From the NCBI GenBank assembly GCA_965217185.1, contig OZ244252.1, positions 1,824,001-1,888,000 of the forward strand: a DNA stretch of 64,000 bases. The letters run 5' to 3'. Shown here piece after piece: positions 10,122 to 19,048 of the stretch. Each line of letters begins with the position of its first letter. Position 1 is the first letter of the stretch. A program made the translations under genes and the position numbers. The notes beneath the pieces are model-generated. The model searched no databases and was not told the DNA's origin. It saw only the letters and a list, made by a program, of their open reading frames with translations. Source of the stretch: an uncultured Candidatus Entotheonella sp. Its GTDB lineage: Bacteria > Tectomicrobia > Entotheonellia > Entotheonellales > Entotheonellaceae.

Positions 10122-10589
10122 TCAGGAATGCAGGGCTACATTCCTTTCACCCCACTCCTTGGCCTGCACGCCAACCACCAACTGCTGACCTAAAGCCGCC
10201 AGGGCCGCTTCCAAACGTGACAGTTTGGACGCATGGCGCGGGTCCAGTAGCCGTCGCATTTCTTTTTCATCGCAGCACAGATACGCGGCGATTTCGACCG
10301 GCGTCATACCTGTCTGCCGGATAGCCAGATACAGAGCCGCCTTCGCCGCAGTTTGTGCGGGCAATGGGATCGGATAATGGTCCAGCCTTCCCGGTGACGC
10401 TTCGGGAAGACACGTCTGGCGCCGGATACGACCCGCGATGGCCTCCTCCAGGCAGTCAGCCGCCTGCTGCAAGGCGTCGGGCACGTCTCCACCTTGGGTG
10501 ATGGCTTCCGGCACGTCAGGAAAGGTGACCACAAATCCGCCATCTTGCTCGTCTGGCGTGAGCAAGGCGGGATAAACAAAGTGGCGCAT
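10122..10589 (-). CDS. hicB: HicB family antitoxin
   Basis: GGFVVTFPDVPEAITQG N-terminus plus a C-terminal HTH. Confidence 0.85.
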   Translation of the reverse strand: MRHFVYPALLTPDEQDGGFVVTFPDVPEAITQGGDVPDALQQAADCLEEAIAGRIRRQTCLPEASPGRLDHYPIPLPAQTAAKAALYLAIRQTGMTPVEIAAYLCCDEKEMRRLLDPRHASKLSRLEAALAALGQQLVVGVQAKEWGERNVALHS

Positions 10590-10601
10590 GGGTCGTGCCT
10601 C

Positions 10602-10802
10602 CTACAGGTCGGCATGCGTCAAGCCGATGCCGTGCAAGGTCCCAGTCTTCAATTTATCCCTTGGATTCCGAACAATCGTCAGTCGGTCACCGAAGTACAG
10701 TGTCCCATGACTTCCCTTACCACGCTCAGGCACGAACTCAACCTTGCGACCTCGTTGCCGTCCAAGTCTCCTGATTCTACGAATGAACTCGTTGCCTGTC
10801 AT
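10602..10802 (-). CDS. hicA: HicA family toxin
   Basis: MTGNEFIRRIRR...GKGSH motif directly upstream of hicB. Confidence 0.8.
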   Translation of the reverse strand: MTGNEFIRRIRRLGRQRGRKVEFVPERGKGSHGTLYFGDRLTIVRNPRDKLKTGTLHGIGLTHADL

Positions 10803-10941
10803 GGAGAGCAATATCAGGCACACATGCCTGACAAGGCTAGGCATGTGTCGCTGTCGGAAGGCTGAAGCGAGAACCGAGCGCACGCTGTAGGCTCCATGCC
10901 CTTGTCAGACCACAACCTATTCTCATCAGCAGAAAGTTCTT

Positions 10942-12660
10942 TCATCGGAGTGCGTTGCGTCGCGCTTCTGTGATCTTGAGTGCGTTCCATGTCTCCTCTA
11001 GTGTTGGCATCAAACGTTCCCGGGCCGCGTTGATCTCTTGGCTGAGCTGCCGTAGCTGGTCACGTCCTTGTCGCAACGTCGAGAGTAGCTTCTGTATTCG
11101 TGCTTCAAGCTCTCGGTCCATGGCGTCGACATCGCGCCGATAACCCGGATCGCTTGGATTGAACCGGAAGTTTCGTTCGTGTCTTTGTCGCCGTCGCATC
11201 AACTCAGAGATTTCCGCGTGTGCATCTTCCAAAGACTTTCGCTTCTTGTTGAAGGCATTCCGCGCTGCCTCACGCTCCCAGCGAGCCAAAGCGCCTTCCC
11301 ATTCTGCTTCCGCTGCCTGATATGCTCCATTGGCTGCGCTCTTCTTCTTAGGCGAGACCCATGGCCATATAACGCCAGCAAGACTACAGAAAGCCAAAGC
11401 CGCGATGGCGATTCCTCCGTCCTTGGTGGGCACGATATACGCTGCGAATCCCGCAAACACAAGCCCGATACTGATACTGAAAATCTTACGGAAAATCTTC
11501 AGTCTGCGGCTTGGCACCTCTATCCCGGGCGGTGGATGCCAGGGCCGTTCGGAAGGAAGCGCTGGATCCGCGCCCGGGTCCGAAACAGCCGAGATTTCGC
11601 TCCGAAGCCTGGCAAGGTCGATGGCTCTGATCGCGCGCCCTGCCACAATTCGTTGCCCGAACAGGCGCGTGCCTGTCTGTATTTCAACCATGCACCACGG
11701 GCACGCTGACAAGTCTCTCGGATAGTAATGCGAACTCGCCAGCGAGCAGACCTGGAGGCTGATCTTCAGCTTCTCAAGCGCCTCAACCCAGGTCTTCGCA
11801 TCCGGCCGTGCGCCGTTGCTGCCAGCGCGCCCGAAGGCCCGGATGAAAAGCTGCGCGATAGCGCTGCCCATCGTCTCCAAAGGAACCGTGCGCGGTGGAC
11901 GCGCCATACCGTTTGCAGCACCATCCGGGCCGTAGGCGAAGCGGTATTCGCCGATTGCTTTCTCAGGCGGCATATCGCCAGAGGCAGAATGGCGGCCTGC
12001 AAACGGATGCCGGCCCATGTAGAGAAGATGAAACAGAAGGACAGCGAGACCGAACCGATCATGATTAGCGGTTCGCTCAAGCCCGCGGAACGCGAGCCCC
12101 TGAAGCTCCGGCGCTGTGAATGGTGGCACACCAACATCGCAGGTATAGACATTCGGACGGTGCCCAATCTGGAACGAGTCGCAGTCGATGAGCTTCACGG
12201 TCCCGTCTCGTCTGACGAGTACGTTGCCATGATTCACGTCTCCCACGACTACGCCCTGCTCATGAACGACTGCGAAGGCTCGGGCGATCTTGGCTGCAAC
12301 GCGAACCAGGAATCGGAAATCTGCCGCCGGAAAAGCTTCTGAGCGGCTTTTGGGAGTGTAAAGCTCGTGAACGTACCAGTGCGCGTCCACCCGCGGCATG
12401 ATGAAGCCGCGCGGCGTTCCCTTGCTGTCGATCAAAACATCAAGGGGCCAAGCGGCAATGTTCAGCAGCGATGGTCTCGCTGCCAACGCCATAACAAGAA
12501 GTTTCCAAGCTTTTCTATAATCGAGCGGCGATGAATAGATTTTAGCAACTCGGTCCTTCTGCCCCTCAATCGGAAACACCCTCCCTTCCCCGCCCCGGCC
12601 AAGTTCCTCCTGACCAAGACAAATGCTGGTGCGCGTGAGTATCAGATTGAGTTGCGGCAT
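10942..12660 (-). CDS. TerY-associated protein kinase (YegI-like) with a TM hairpin
   Basis: LGRGGEG, VAKIY, VGDVNHGN, LIDCDSFQ, PELQ and D.FGLA motifs; CPWC; two hydrophobic helices. Confidence 0.88.
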   Translation of the reverse strand: MPQLNLILTRTSICLGQEELGRGGEGRVFPIEGQKDRVAKIYSSPLDYRKAWKLLVMALAARPSLLNIAAWPLDVLIDSKGTPRGFIMPRVDAHWYVHELYTPKSRSEAFPAADFRFLVRVAAKIARAFAVVHEQGVVVGDVNHGNVLVRRDGTVKLIDCDSFQIGHRPNVYTCDVGVPPFTAPELQGLAFRGLERTANHDRFGLAVLLFHLLYMGRHPFAGRHSASGDMPPEKAIGEYRFAYGPDGAANGMARPPRTVPLETMGSAIAQLFIRAFGRAGSNGARPDAKTWVEALEKLKISLQVCSLASSHYYPRDLSACPWCMVEIQTGTRLFGQRIVAGRAIRAIDLARLRSEISAVSDPGADPALPSERPWHPPPGIEVPSRRLKIFRKIFSISIGLVFAGFAAYIVPTKDGGIAIAALAFCSLAGVIWPWVSPKKKSAANGAYQAAEAEWEGALARWEREAARNAFNKKRKSLEDAHAEISELMRRRQRHERNFRFNPSDPGYRRDVDAMDRELEARIQKLLSTLRQGRDQLRQLSQEINAARERLMPTLEETWNALKITEARRNALR

Positions 12661-13511
12661 TCTTGATGGCCTTGCTGCCGACAGGACGCCAGAATGAGCG
12701 ACACATCGTCGTCCGTCCGCAAGCCAACCCGCTCGGATGAGAGGAAGCGCTTCAGCGATGCCGATAGATGCTTGATCTCCCTGTTCTCATATACGTCGGC
12801 CTCATCTGCGTCCACAAGCGGTCGGAACATGCCGTGGAAGAACGGCTCATGAACCGACGTACTGGCGTAGTGCAGGGCGAGCGACTCAAGGCCATCCGTC
12901 ATCAGCGCGACATCCGTAACCTTGCCTAAACGGGGAGCGATCCGAAGGCGTTCCAGCGCATCCGCATCGGTCAGGAAGTGTGTCGTGTTGGCGTACTCAC
13001 CGCGTTGCGGCCAGAATATCCAGCGGAACTTTTTTGTGTCCCGCTTCGGGTTCGGGACTTGGTTGGCGTACCCACCGCGCTGTGGCCAGAATACCCAGCC
13101 CCACCCGTTCCCCCCATCACTGACCACGATCACACCATCGCCAACCTGTAGCGCGCTCCCGCCGTCTGGTCCCACTACCGTGACGAGGAGAGTCGACGCA
13201 AGATCACGCGGCTCTGCTCCACAGCGCCGGGCTTCGGCAAGGACCGTCTCACGAGCTTCCACCGCAGCCTCTCGCAACATCGCGTCATAATCCAACCGGC
13301 CGTCGTCAAGTTGGCAAGACAAGAAGTCGACGACCGTCTTAACCGCGATGTCTGCTCCACGTTCCGCCCATGCTGCCGACCCAGCTCCATCCGCAACGGC
13401 AGCCACCAGCGTCTGATTCCCCGCCACTCTGCAGTAAAATTGATCCTGGCAAGGGAGGCCGGCCTTGGTGTGGGACGTACCCGTCACGCGAGCAGTCACA
13501 AATCGCCACAT
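12642..13511 (-). CDS. PP2C-family phosphatase (YegK-like)
   Basis: GTSH...CQD, VADGAGSA, VGDG, MTDG and DDVSL motifs. Confidence 0.88.
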   Translation of the reverse strand: MWRFVTARVTGTSHTKAGLPCQDQFYCRVAGNQTLVAAVADGAGSAAWAERGADIAVKTVVDFLSCQLDDGRLDYDAMLREAAVEARETVLAEARRCGAEPRDLASTLLVTVVGPDGGSALQVGDGVIVVSDGGNGWGWVFWPQRGGYANQVPNPKRDTKKFRWIFWPQRGEYANTTHFLTDADALERLRIAPRLGKVTDVALMTDGLESLALHYASTSVHEPFFHGMFRPLVDADEADVYENREIKHLSASLKRFLSSERVGLRTDDDVSLILASCRQQGHQECRNSI

Positions 13512-13518
13512 ACTCGGC

Positions 13519-14196
13519 TCAATCCACGAGGGCCCAACCGTCCGGTGCGGTTGGGTTAACGAGCGGAACCGCTTCACCGGGTTGCGAGCGCGATACGCTA
13601 CTCAGTGAATTCGAAAGCCAGACAAATAGCTCTCTGAAGGAAAGCCCGCGTAACTTCAGAGGCTGGCGCACCGAGATTTGGGCCAGACAACTCATGTCTG
13701 CCTCCATGACACCGACCGCGTAAAACGCGAAGGACTTTGAGTCCTCCCCGTCTCGAATCGCCGCGATGGCGAGACTTACATCGTCCGTTGGGGCGCCATC
13801 GGTGATCAAGAACACCCAAGGGCGGTAGTAGCCGATACCATTGGCCCTGCATGTCGCCTTACGCTCTTCGACGAGTTCAATCGCCCTCTCGATTGCTGAT
13901 CCCATTGGCGTGTCCACATCTGCATCAAGTTTAGGCGCCCGGAACTCATCCGCCGTGACAAAATGCTGGATCGTCTGCACCGGACCAAAGGTGACAATCG
14001 CCACCTCGACCCGCTTGGCGGCCATGGCATCTGAGTGAAGCTCCTCGGAGAAGCGCTCAAGACCCCGGTTCAACTCGGCGATTTTCTCTCCGCTCATCGA
14101 ATAGGACGTGTCCAGGAGCAAGACGCAGGGGCATCGAGGCTCAGGATTATCGGCAAATTCGACGCCCTCGAAGGGGATTTGCTCTAAATCAGGCAC
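13519..14196 (-). CDS. TerY-like vWA domain protein (YegL-like)
   Basis: [27 protein letters not shown] and [19 protein letters not shown] before GTG 14196. Confidence 0.9.
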   Translation of the reverse strand: MPDLEQIPFEGVEFADNPEPRCPCVLLLDTSYSMSGEKIAELNRGLERFSEELHSDAMAAKRVEVAIVTFGPVQTIQHFVTADEFRAPKLDADVDTPMGSAIERAIELVEERKATCRANGIGYYRPWVFLITDGAPTDDVSLAIAAIRDGEDSKSFAFYAVGVMEADMSCLAQISVRQPLKLRGLSFRELFVWLSNSLSSVSRSQPGEAVPLVNPTAPDGWALVD

Positions 14197-14270
14197 AATT
14201 TTGGTACCTCCCACATGTTCGGGCTTGAAAGTCAAACAAGAGAACCTTGTACCTCAAAGTAAAGAGAAGG

Positions 14271-16505
14271 CTACCACTCGGGCCGAAATCGCCGCAGGCG
14301 CAGCGAGTTGCACACTACGGACACCGAGCTCAGCGCCATGGCGGCGGCGGCGAGGGCCGGATTGAGCGACACGCCGAACAGGGGGTACAGAACCCCGGCG
14401 GCTACGGGGATGCCCAGCAGGTTGTAGATGAAGGCCCAGAAGAGATTCTGCCGGATGGTGCGCATGGTGCGGCGGGAAAGCTGCATGGCGGTCGCAACGC
14501 CGCGCACGTCGCCGGTGATCAGCGTGACGTCAGCCGCCGCCAGGGCGACGTCGGTGCCGCTGCCGATGGCGATGCCCACGTCGGCCTGCGCCAGGGCCGG
14601 TGCATCGTTGATGCCGTCGCCCACCATCGCGACGCGCTTGCCTTGCGCCTGCAATTGTTTCACTTGCGCGGCTTTCTGGTCGGGCATGACCTCGGCCAGG
14701 ACGGTGTCAATGCCCAGTTGCCGCGCCACGGCCTGGGCGCTGCGGTGATGGTCACCGGTGAGCATGAGCACTTCGAGGCCGAGCTGATGCAGGGCGGCAA
14801 CGGCTTCTCGGGCGTGCGGCTTGAGGGTGTCGGCCACGGCAATAACCCCAGCGGCGCGGCGGTCCAGGGCGACGAAAACCGGTGTTTTGCCATCGCCGGC
14901 CAAGCGCTCTGCGATTTCGTCGAGTTTGCCCAGCGGGATGTTGGTGTGCTGCATGAGGGCATGGTTGCCAATCAGCACCGATTGAGCACCGACCACCGCC
15001 GACATTCCCTGGCCTGGCAGAGCTTCAGCGTCGCGCGCGGCTTCGAGCACCAAGCCCTCGGCCCGCGCGGCTTCGACAATGGCTTGGGCCACCGGGTGCT
15101 CGGACGCCTGCTCCGTGGAGGCAGCCAGGCGCAGGACCTCGGATTCGGTGAAGCCGTTGTGGGTGACGATGTCGGTAACGCTCGGCTGGCCCTGCGTAAG
15201 GGTGCCGGTTTTGTCCAGAACGACGGCCTGGAGCTTGTGGGCGGTTTCCAAGGCGGGACTGCTCTTGAACAGGATGCCGTGCTCGGCGCCCTTGCCGGTG
15301 CCGACCCGGATGGCCGTGGGAGTGGCCAACCCCAACGCGCAGGGGCAGGCGATAATCAGCACGGCGACAAAGTTGAGCAACGCGAAAGCAATAGCTGGGG
15401 CCGGACCCCACAGCAGCCAAGCGGCGAAGGTGAGCAGGGCAGCGCCGAGCACCGCGGGTACGAAAATGCGGGCGACTTGGTCGGCCAGCCGCTGGATGGG
15501 CGCCTTGGAGCCCTGCGCCTCTTCGACCAGCCGGACGATCTGGGCCAGCACGGTGTCGCGCCCAACCCGCGTGGCGCGCATGGTAAAGCTGCCGGTCTTG
15601 TTGAGCGTGGCGCCGAAGACAGAATCGCCGGCGCTCTTGTCCAGCGGCAGGCTCTCGCCGGTGAGCATCGACTCGTCGAGCGTCGGGCGGCCCTCGGTGA
15701 TGTCGCCGTCGACCGGCACCTTTTCGCCCGGCCGCACCAGCACGAGATCGCCGATCGTCACGTCCGTTACCGGAATGTCCACGGTCTCGCCGCCACGCCA
15801 CACGCGGGCCGTCCTGGCCTGCAGGCCCATGAGCTTGCGGATGGCCTCGGAGGTCTGACCGCGCGCCCGTGCTTCCAGCAGGCGGCCCAGGATGATCAGG
15901 GTGAGAATCATGACGGCGGTGTCGAAGTAGACATGCGTGCCGACACCGAGACGGCTGAAGGTTTGCGGCAGGAAGGTGACCGCGGCGCTGTACAGATAGG
16001 CCGCCGAGGTGCCGAGGGCGATGAGGGTGCTCATGTCGGCGCTCTTCTGCTTCAGCGCCGCCCAGGTGCCTTGGTAGAACGACCAGCCGACCCAGAATTG
16101 CACCGGCGTGGTGAGGGCGAGGAGCACGTACGGTTGCCGCAGCCAGTCGGGCGTCCAGGGAAACAGGGCAGGCATGGAGCCGAGCATGACGGGCAGACTG
16201 AGCGCCAGGCTGACGGCGAGTTTACGGCTGAGGTCGCGGATTTCCGCCGTCCGCGCCAGACGCTCGGGGTCGATGGGGTCATCAGGGTCGACGTCGGGAA
16301 CGGTATAGCCGACGTCCTCGATCTTGCGGCTGATGGCGGGGCGGTCCAGCGCCAGAGGGTCGAAATGCACGGTCGCTTTTTCGGTAGCGAAATTGACCTG
16401 CGCCTGCTGCACGCCGGCGAGGTCCTGCAGGGACTTTTCGATGCGTCCGGCGCAGCCGGCGCAGTGCATGCCGTTGATGGGCAGATCAAGGCGTTGTGTC
16501 GCCAT
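14271..16505 (-). CDS. copA: Copper-translocating P1B-type ATPase
   Basis: GMHCAGC HMA domain, [22 protein letters not shown], and YN/MALSS motifs. Confidence 0.93.
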   Translation of the reverse strand: MATQRLDLPINGMHCAGCAGRIEKSLQDLAGVQQAQVNFATEKATVHFDPLALDRPAISRKIEDVGYTVPDVDPDDPIDPERLARTAEIRDLSRKLAVSLALSLPVMLGSMPALFPWTPDWLRQPYVLLALTTPVQFWVGWSFYQGTWAALKQKSADMSTLIALGTSAAYLYSAAVTFLPQTFSRLGVGTHVYFDTAVMILTLIILGRLLEARARGQTSEAIRKLMGLQARTARVWRGGETVDIPVTDVTIGDLVLVRPGEKVPVDGDITEGRPTLDESMLTGESLPLDKSAGDSVFGATLNKTGSFTMRATRVGRDTVLAQIVRLVEEAQGSKAPIQRLADQVARIFVPAVLGAALLTFAAWLLWGPAPAIAFALLNFVAVLIIACPCALGLATPTAIRVGTGKGAEHGILFKSSPALETAHKLQAVVLDKTGTLTQGQPSVTDIVTHNGFTESEVLRLAASTEQASEHPVAQAIVEAARAEGLVLEAARDAEALPGQGMSAVVGAQSVLIGNHALMQHTNIPLGKLDEIAERLAGDGKTPVFVALDRRAAGVIAVADTLKPHAREAVAALHQLGLEVLMLTGDHHRSAQAVARQLGIDTVLAEVMPDQKAAQVKQLQAQGKRVAMVGDGINDAPALAQADVGIAIGSGTDVALAAADVTLITGDVRGVATAMQLSRRTMRTIRQNLFWAFIYNLLGIPVAAGVLYPLFGVSLNPALAAAAMALSSVSVVCNSLRLRRFRPEW

Positions 16506-16553
16506 GCCAAAGCCTTTCCGCTCCGGGGCCGAATGGTCCCCGGCGTCTGAAAG

Positions 16554-17447
16554 CTATCCTTCGTACACCTCCTTGAAACGCCGAATGGAATCGATATGTT
16601 CCTGGGCCGTGGTGAGCCCGGCGCCGGTGGTGCCGACGGCAAGATGGGTGGCGCCCACCGCTTTCCAGGCGTTGGCCTCGTCGATCCAGGCTTGCGGACC
16701 GGCTTTGGCGTCCAAGAGAATGCGACCTTCGAGGCCGAGGCTCGCCGGGTCCCGGCCGGCTTCGTCGGCGTAGCGGCGGATGCGGTCGATGACCTCGCGG
16801 CCTTCATCGCTCAGCGGAAACAGCGGGAACCAGCCGTCGGCGAGCCGCGCGATGCGGCGCATGGCCACGTCGAGAGGCATCGGACGCCCCGGCGCGCCGG
16901 CACCGATCCAGATAGGAATGGGGCGCTGAACCGGTAGCGGCTTGATGCCGGCGTGGTCGATCCGGTGCCACTGGCCCTGGTAGTCGACGACCTCCTGCGT
17001 CCACAGCAGGCGCAGCACCTCGATCTGCTCCTCGCTGCGCTTGCCGCGTGAGCGCCAGTCCTCATTCAGCGCCTCGAACTCCACCGGATTCCAGCCGACG
17101 CCGATGCCCAGCCTTACCCGTCCGCCGCTGAGCACGTCCACCTGCGCCGCCTGCTTGGCCACCAACGCCGTCTGCCGCTGCGGCAGGATGATGATGCCGG
17201 TGGTCAGCTCCAGGTTGGTGGTTATCGCGGCCAGATACGCCATCAGCGTGAACGGCTCGTGGATGTAGCTCTCGTGCGTGTAGTAAAACGTCGGCACCTC
17301 CGGGTGGAACTGCGGGTCGGCACCCAGAACGTGGTCCAGAATCCGCAGGTGCGAGTATCCCAGCTCGTCCGCGGTCTGCACAAAATCCCGCGAGGCGGCA
17401 AAATCCGCCCCGATATCGACAGTCGGAAACGCAACCCCAACGCGCAT
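16554..17447 (-). CDS. LLM-class F420-dependent oxidoreductase
   Basis: DHVLG, HEPFTL, LPQRQTALVAKQAA and GRVRLGIGVGWN motifs. Confidence 0.88.
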   Translation of the reverse strand: MRVGVAFPTVDIGADFAASRDFVQTADELGYSHLRILDHVLGADPQFHPEVPTFYYTHESYIHEPFTLMAYLAAITTNLELTTGIIILPQRQTALVAKQAAQVDVLSGGRVRLGIGVGWNPVEFEALNEDWRSRGKRSEEQIEVLRLLWTQEVVDYQGQWHRIDHAGIKPLPVQRPIPIWIGAGAPGRPMPLDVAMRRIARLADGWFPLFPLSDEGREVIDRIRRYADEAGRDPASLGLEGRILLDAKAGPQAWIDEANAWKAVGATHLAVGTTGAGLTTAQEHIDSIRRFKEVYEG

Positions 17448-17550
17448 GTCGCCACCACCTCTCCAAAACGTTTTCACCGTGCCCCAAGGCCGTCACAATG
17501 CCGAGCAGCATACGGCCTTAACCCCCTGTTTTCAACCGAGCGGGAATGCG

Positions 17551-17864
17551 GGTAGTGGCTCAGTTTGAAAAGACTGGCTCACGTGTCCCAGACGGGTTGC
17601 ACGTTCGGTCGTCCGGCGCCGGTTTCCCCCTCACCCCGACCCTCTCCCACCAGGGGAGAGGGGGAGACCCCCCAGTCCGGCTCACCCCGACCCTCTCCCA
17701 TCAGGGGAGAGGGGGGAGACCCCCAGTCCGGCTCACCCCGACCCTCTCCCATCAGGGGAGAGGGGGAGACCCCCAGTCCGGGTCCCCTCCCCCCTCCGTG
17801 GGGGAGGGCTAGGGAGAGGGGGAAGCGTTGGTGTGAGAAGGAAATTTGAAAGTGAGCCACTACC
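17551..17864. mobile_element. MITE copy 1 (TIR GGTAGTGGCTCASTTTSAA) containing three CCCTCTCCC/GGGAGAGGG hairpin units
   Basis: Left end GGTAGTGGCTCAGTTTGAA, right end TTGAAAGTGAGCCACTACC; near-identical to 23153-24176 once the intron is removed. Confidence 0.85.
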
Positions 17865-17876
17865 GATGGCTCTTAT

Positions 17877-18072
17877 GTGGCTCAGTTTGAATTTTCTCCC
17901 TCACCCCAACCCTCTCCCAGAGGGAGAGGGAGCATCAATTTCCCAAAGAAGAAGGTCCTCTTGCCCTCTGGAGCGCTTAATCCCCCTCCCTCCGGGAGGG
18001 GCTAGGGGAGGGCTTAGGGAGGAGGCGATGCGCCGGCAGAAGTGAAGGGGCATTTGAAACTGAACCACTACC
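17877..18072. mobile_element. Related MITE with a truncated left TIR
   Basis: GTGGCTCAGTTTGAA...TTTGAAACTGAACCACTACC with internal CCCTCACCCCAACCCTCTCCC hairpins. Confidence 0.7.
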
Positions 18073-18386
18073 CGGAGGCGGCGCTATTCACAAACACCCT
18101 CTAAGTGACGTTGCGCGGCTGCCCTCCGACCGAGCGGGCGGGAATCCGTGGCCCCCCCCGTTCACGCCGGGGCAGGGTCCACAGACCACAAACAAGTCAT
18201 AAACACAGGCCTCCCGAGAGCGGTCACTCCGGCGCAAGAACGTCACCCCCGGACCCCGTATCAAGTGCGGGGCAGGCCATGCGCCGGAATGACGATTCGA
18301 GGATTGGACGGTCTCTTTCCACAGGCATGGCAACTGGGATATCGGACGAGCTATTTCATCGCAAGGTCACAACTGAACGCCACAAG

Positions 18387-18424
18387 GCTGCGTAACATCA
18401 CTGATGTAAGTGATGTTACGCAGC
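18387..18424. repeat. Perfect 16-6-16 palindrome
   Basis: GCTGCGTAACATCACT-GATGTA-AGTGATGTTACGCAGC. Confidence 0.8.
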
Positions 18425-18455
18425 TTTAGCGGGCGTTTGTGAATAGCGACGCCTT

Positions 18456-18520
18456 CCTGGGAGCGCGGGCATCTTGCCCGCAGGGTTCCGCTTGGCGGGC
18501 TGGAAGCCCGCGCTCCCAGG
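18456..18520. repeat. REP doublet
   Basis: CCTGGGAGCGCGGGCATCTTGCCCGC ... GCGGGCTGGAAGCCCGCGCTCCCAGG in inverted orientation. Confidence 0.65.
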
Positions 18521-18528
18521 CATGGGGA

Positions 18529-18610
18529 GCACTGGCTGCCGCCCGTGCCTGCGGCGCTCGGCACATCGTCACGCGGAACGTCAGGGACTACGAACGCGCT
18601 CCCATCCGTG
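18529..18610 (+). pseudogene. C-terminal remnant of a PIN-domain toxin
   Basis: ALAAARACGARHIVTRNVRDY matches the PIN C-terminal IVTRN.RD motif; the 5' part is replaced by REP DNA. Confidence 0.5.
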
Positions 18611-19048
18611 GCGGCGTACCGGCGGGCCGGGGAAGCCGGTCGACAGGGATTGGTGAGGGATGAGGACGCCGAGACTTATTTTCTGATGTTACGCGGCCTT
18701 GGGGAATTGGCGTGGCGTGCCCCAAAGGGTCATTGCCGCGCAGAGCCTGCCCTTGACTCCGATCGGGGGCGGGAATCCACTGGCTGCCGATGGATGCCGG
18801 GCTTGACGTGCAGGCGGGACCTATGCCTGCGGACGATGGCGTTCTGGGCGGCAACTGTTGGAACAGACGCCTCAAGATGGGTTGACAAGTTGCCAAGATG
18901 TAGGTCGGGTTAGCCGCAGGCGTAACCCGACGTTGCGACGCGCAGAGCACCTGTGCCGCACCGTCCAACGCCCCAAGCGGTCATTCCGGCGCACGGCCTG
19001 CCCCCGGCTTGAACGGGGGCAGGCATCCGGCGGCACCGGAGCAACGCC

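Noticed and set aside
17620..17790. CRISPR array in the 51-nt tandem units
   Set aside because: Units are contiguous near-identical repeats without unique spacers; no cas genes; they lie inside a MITE.
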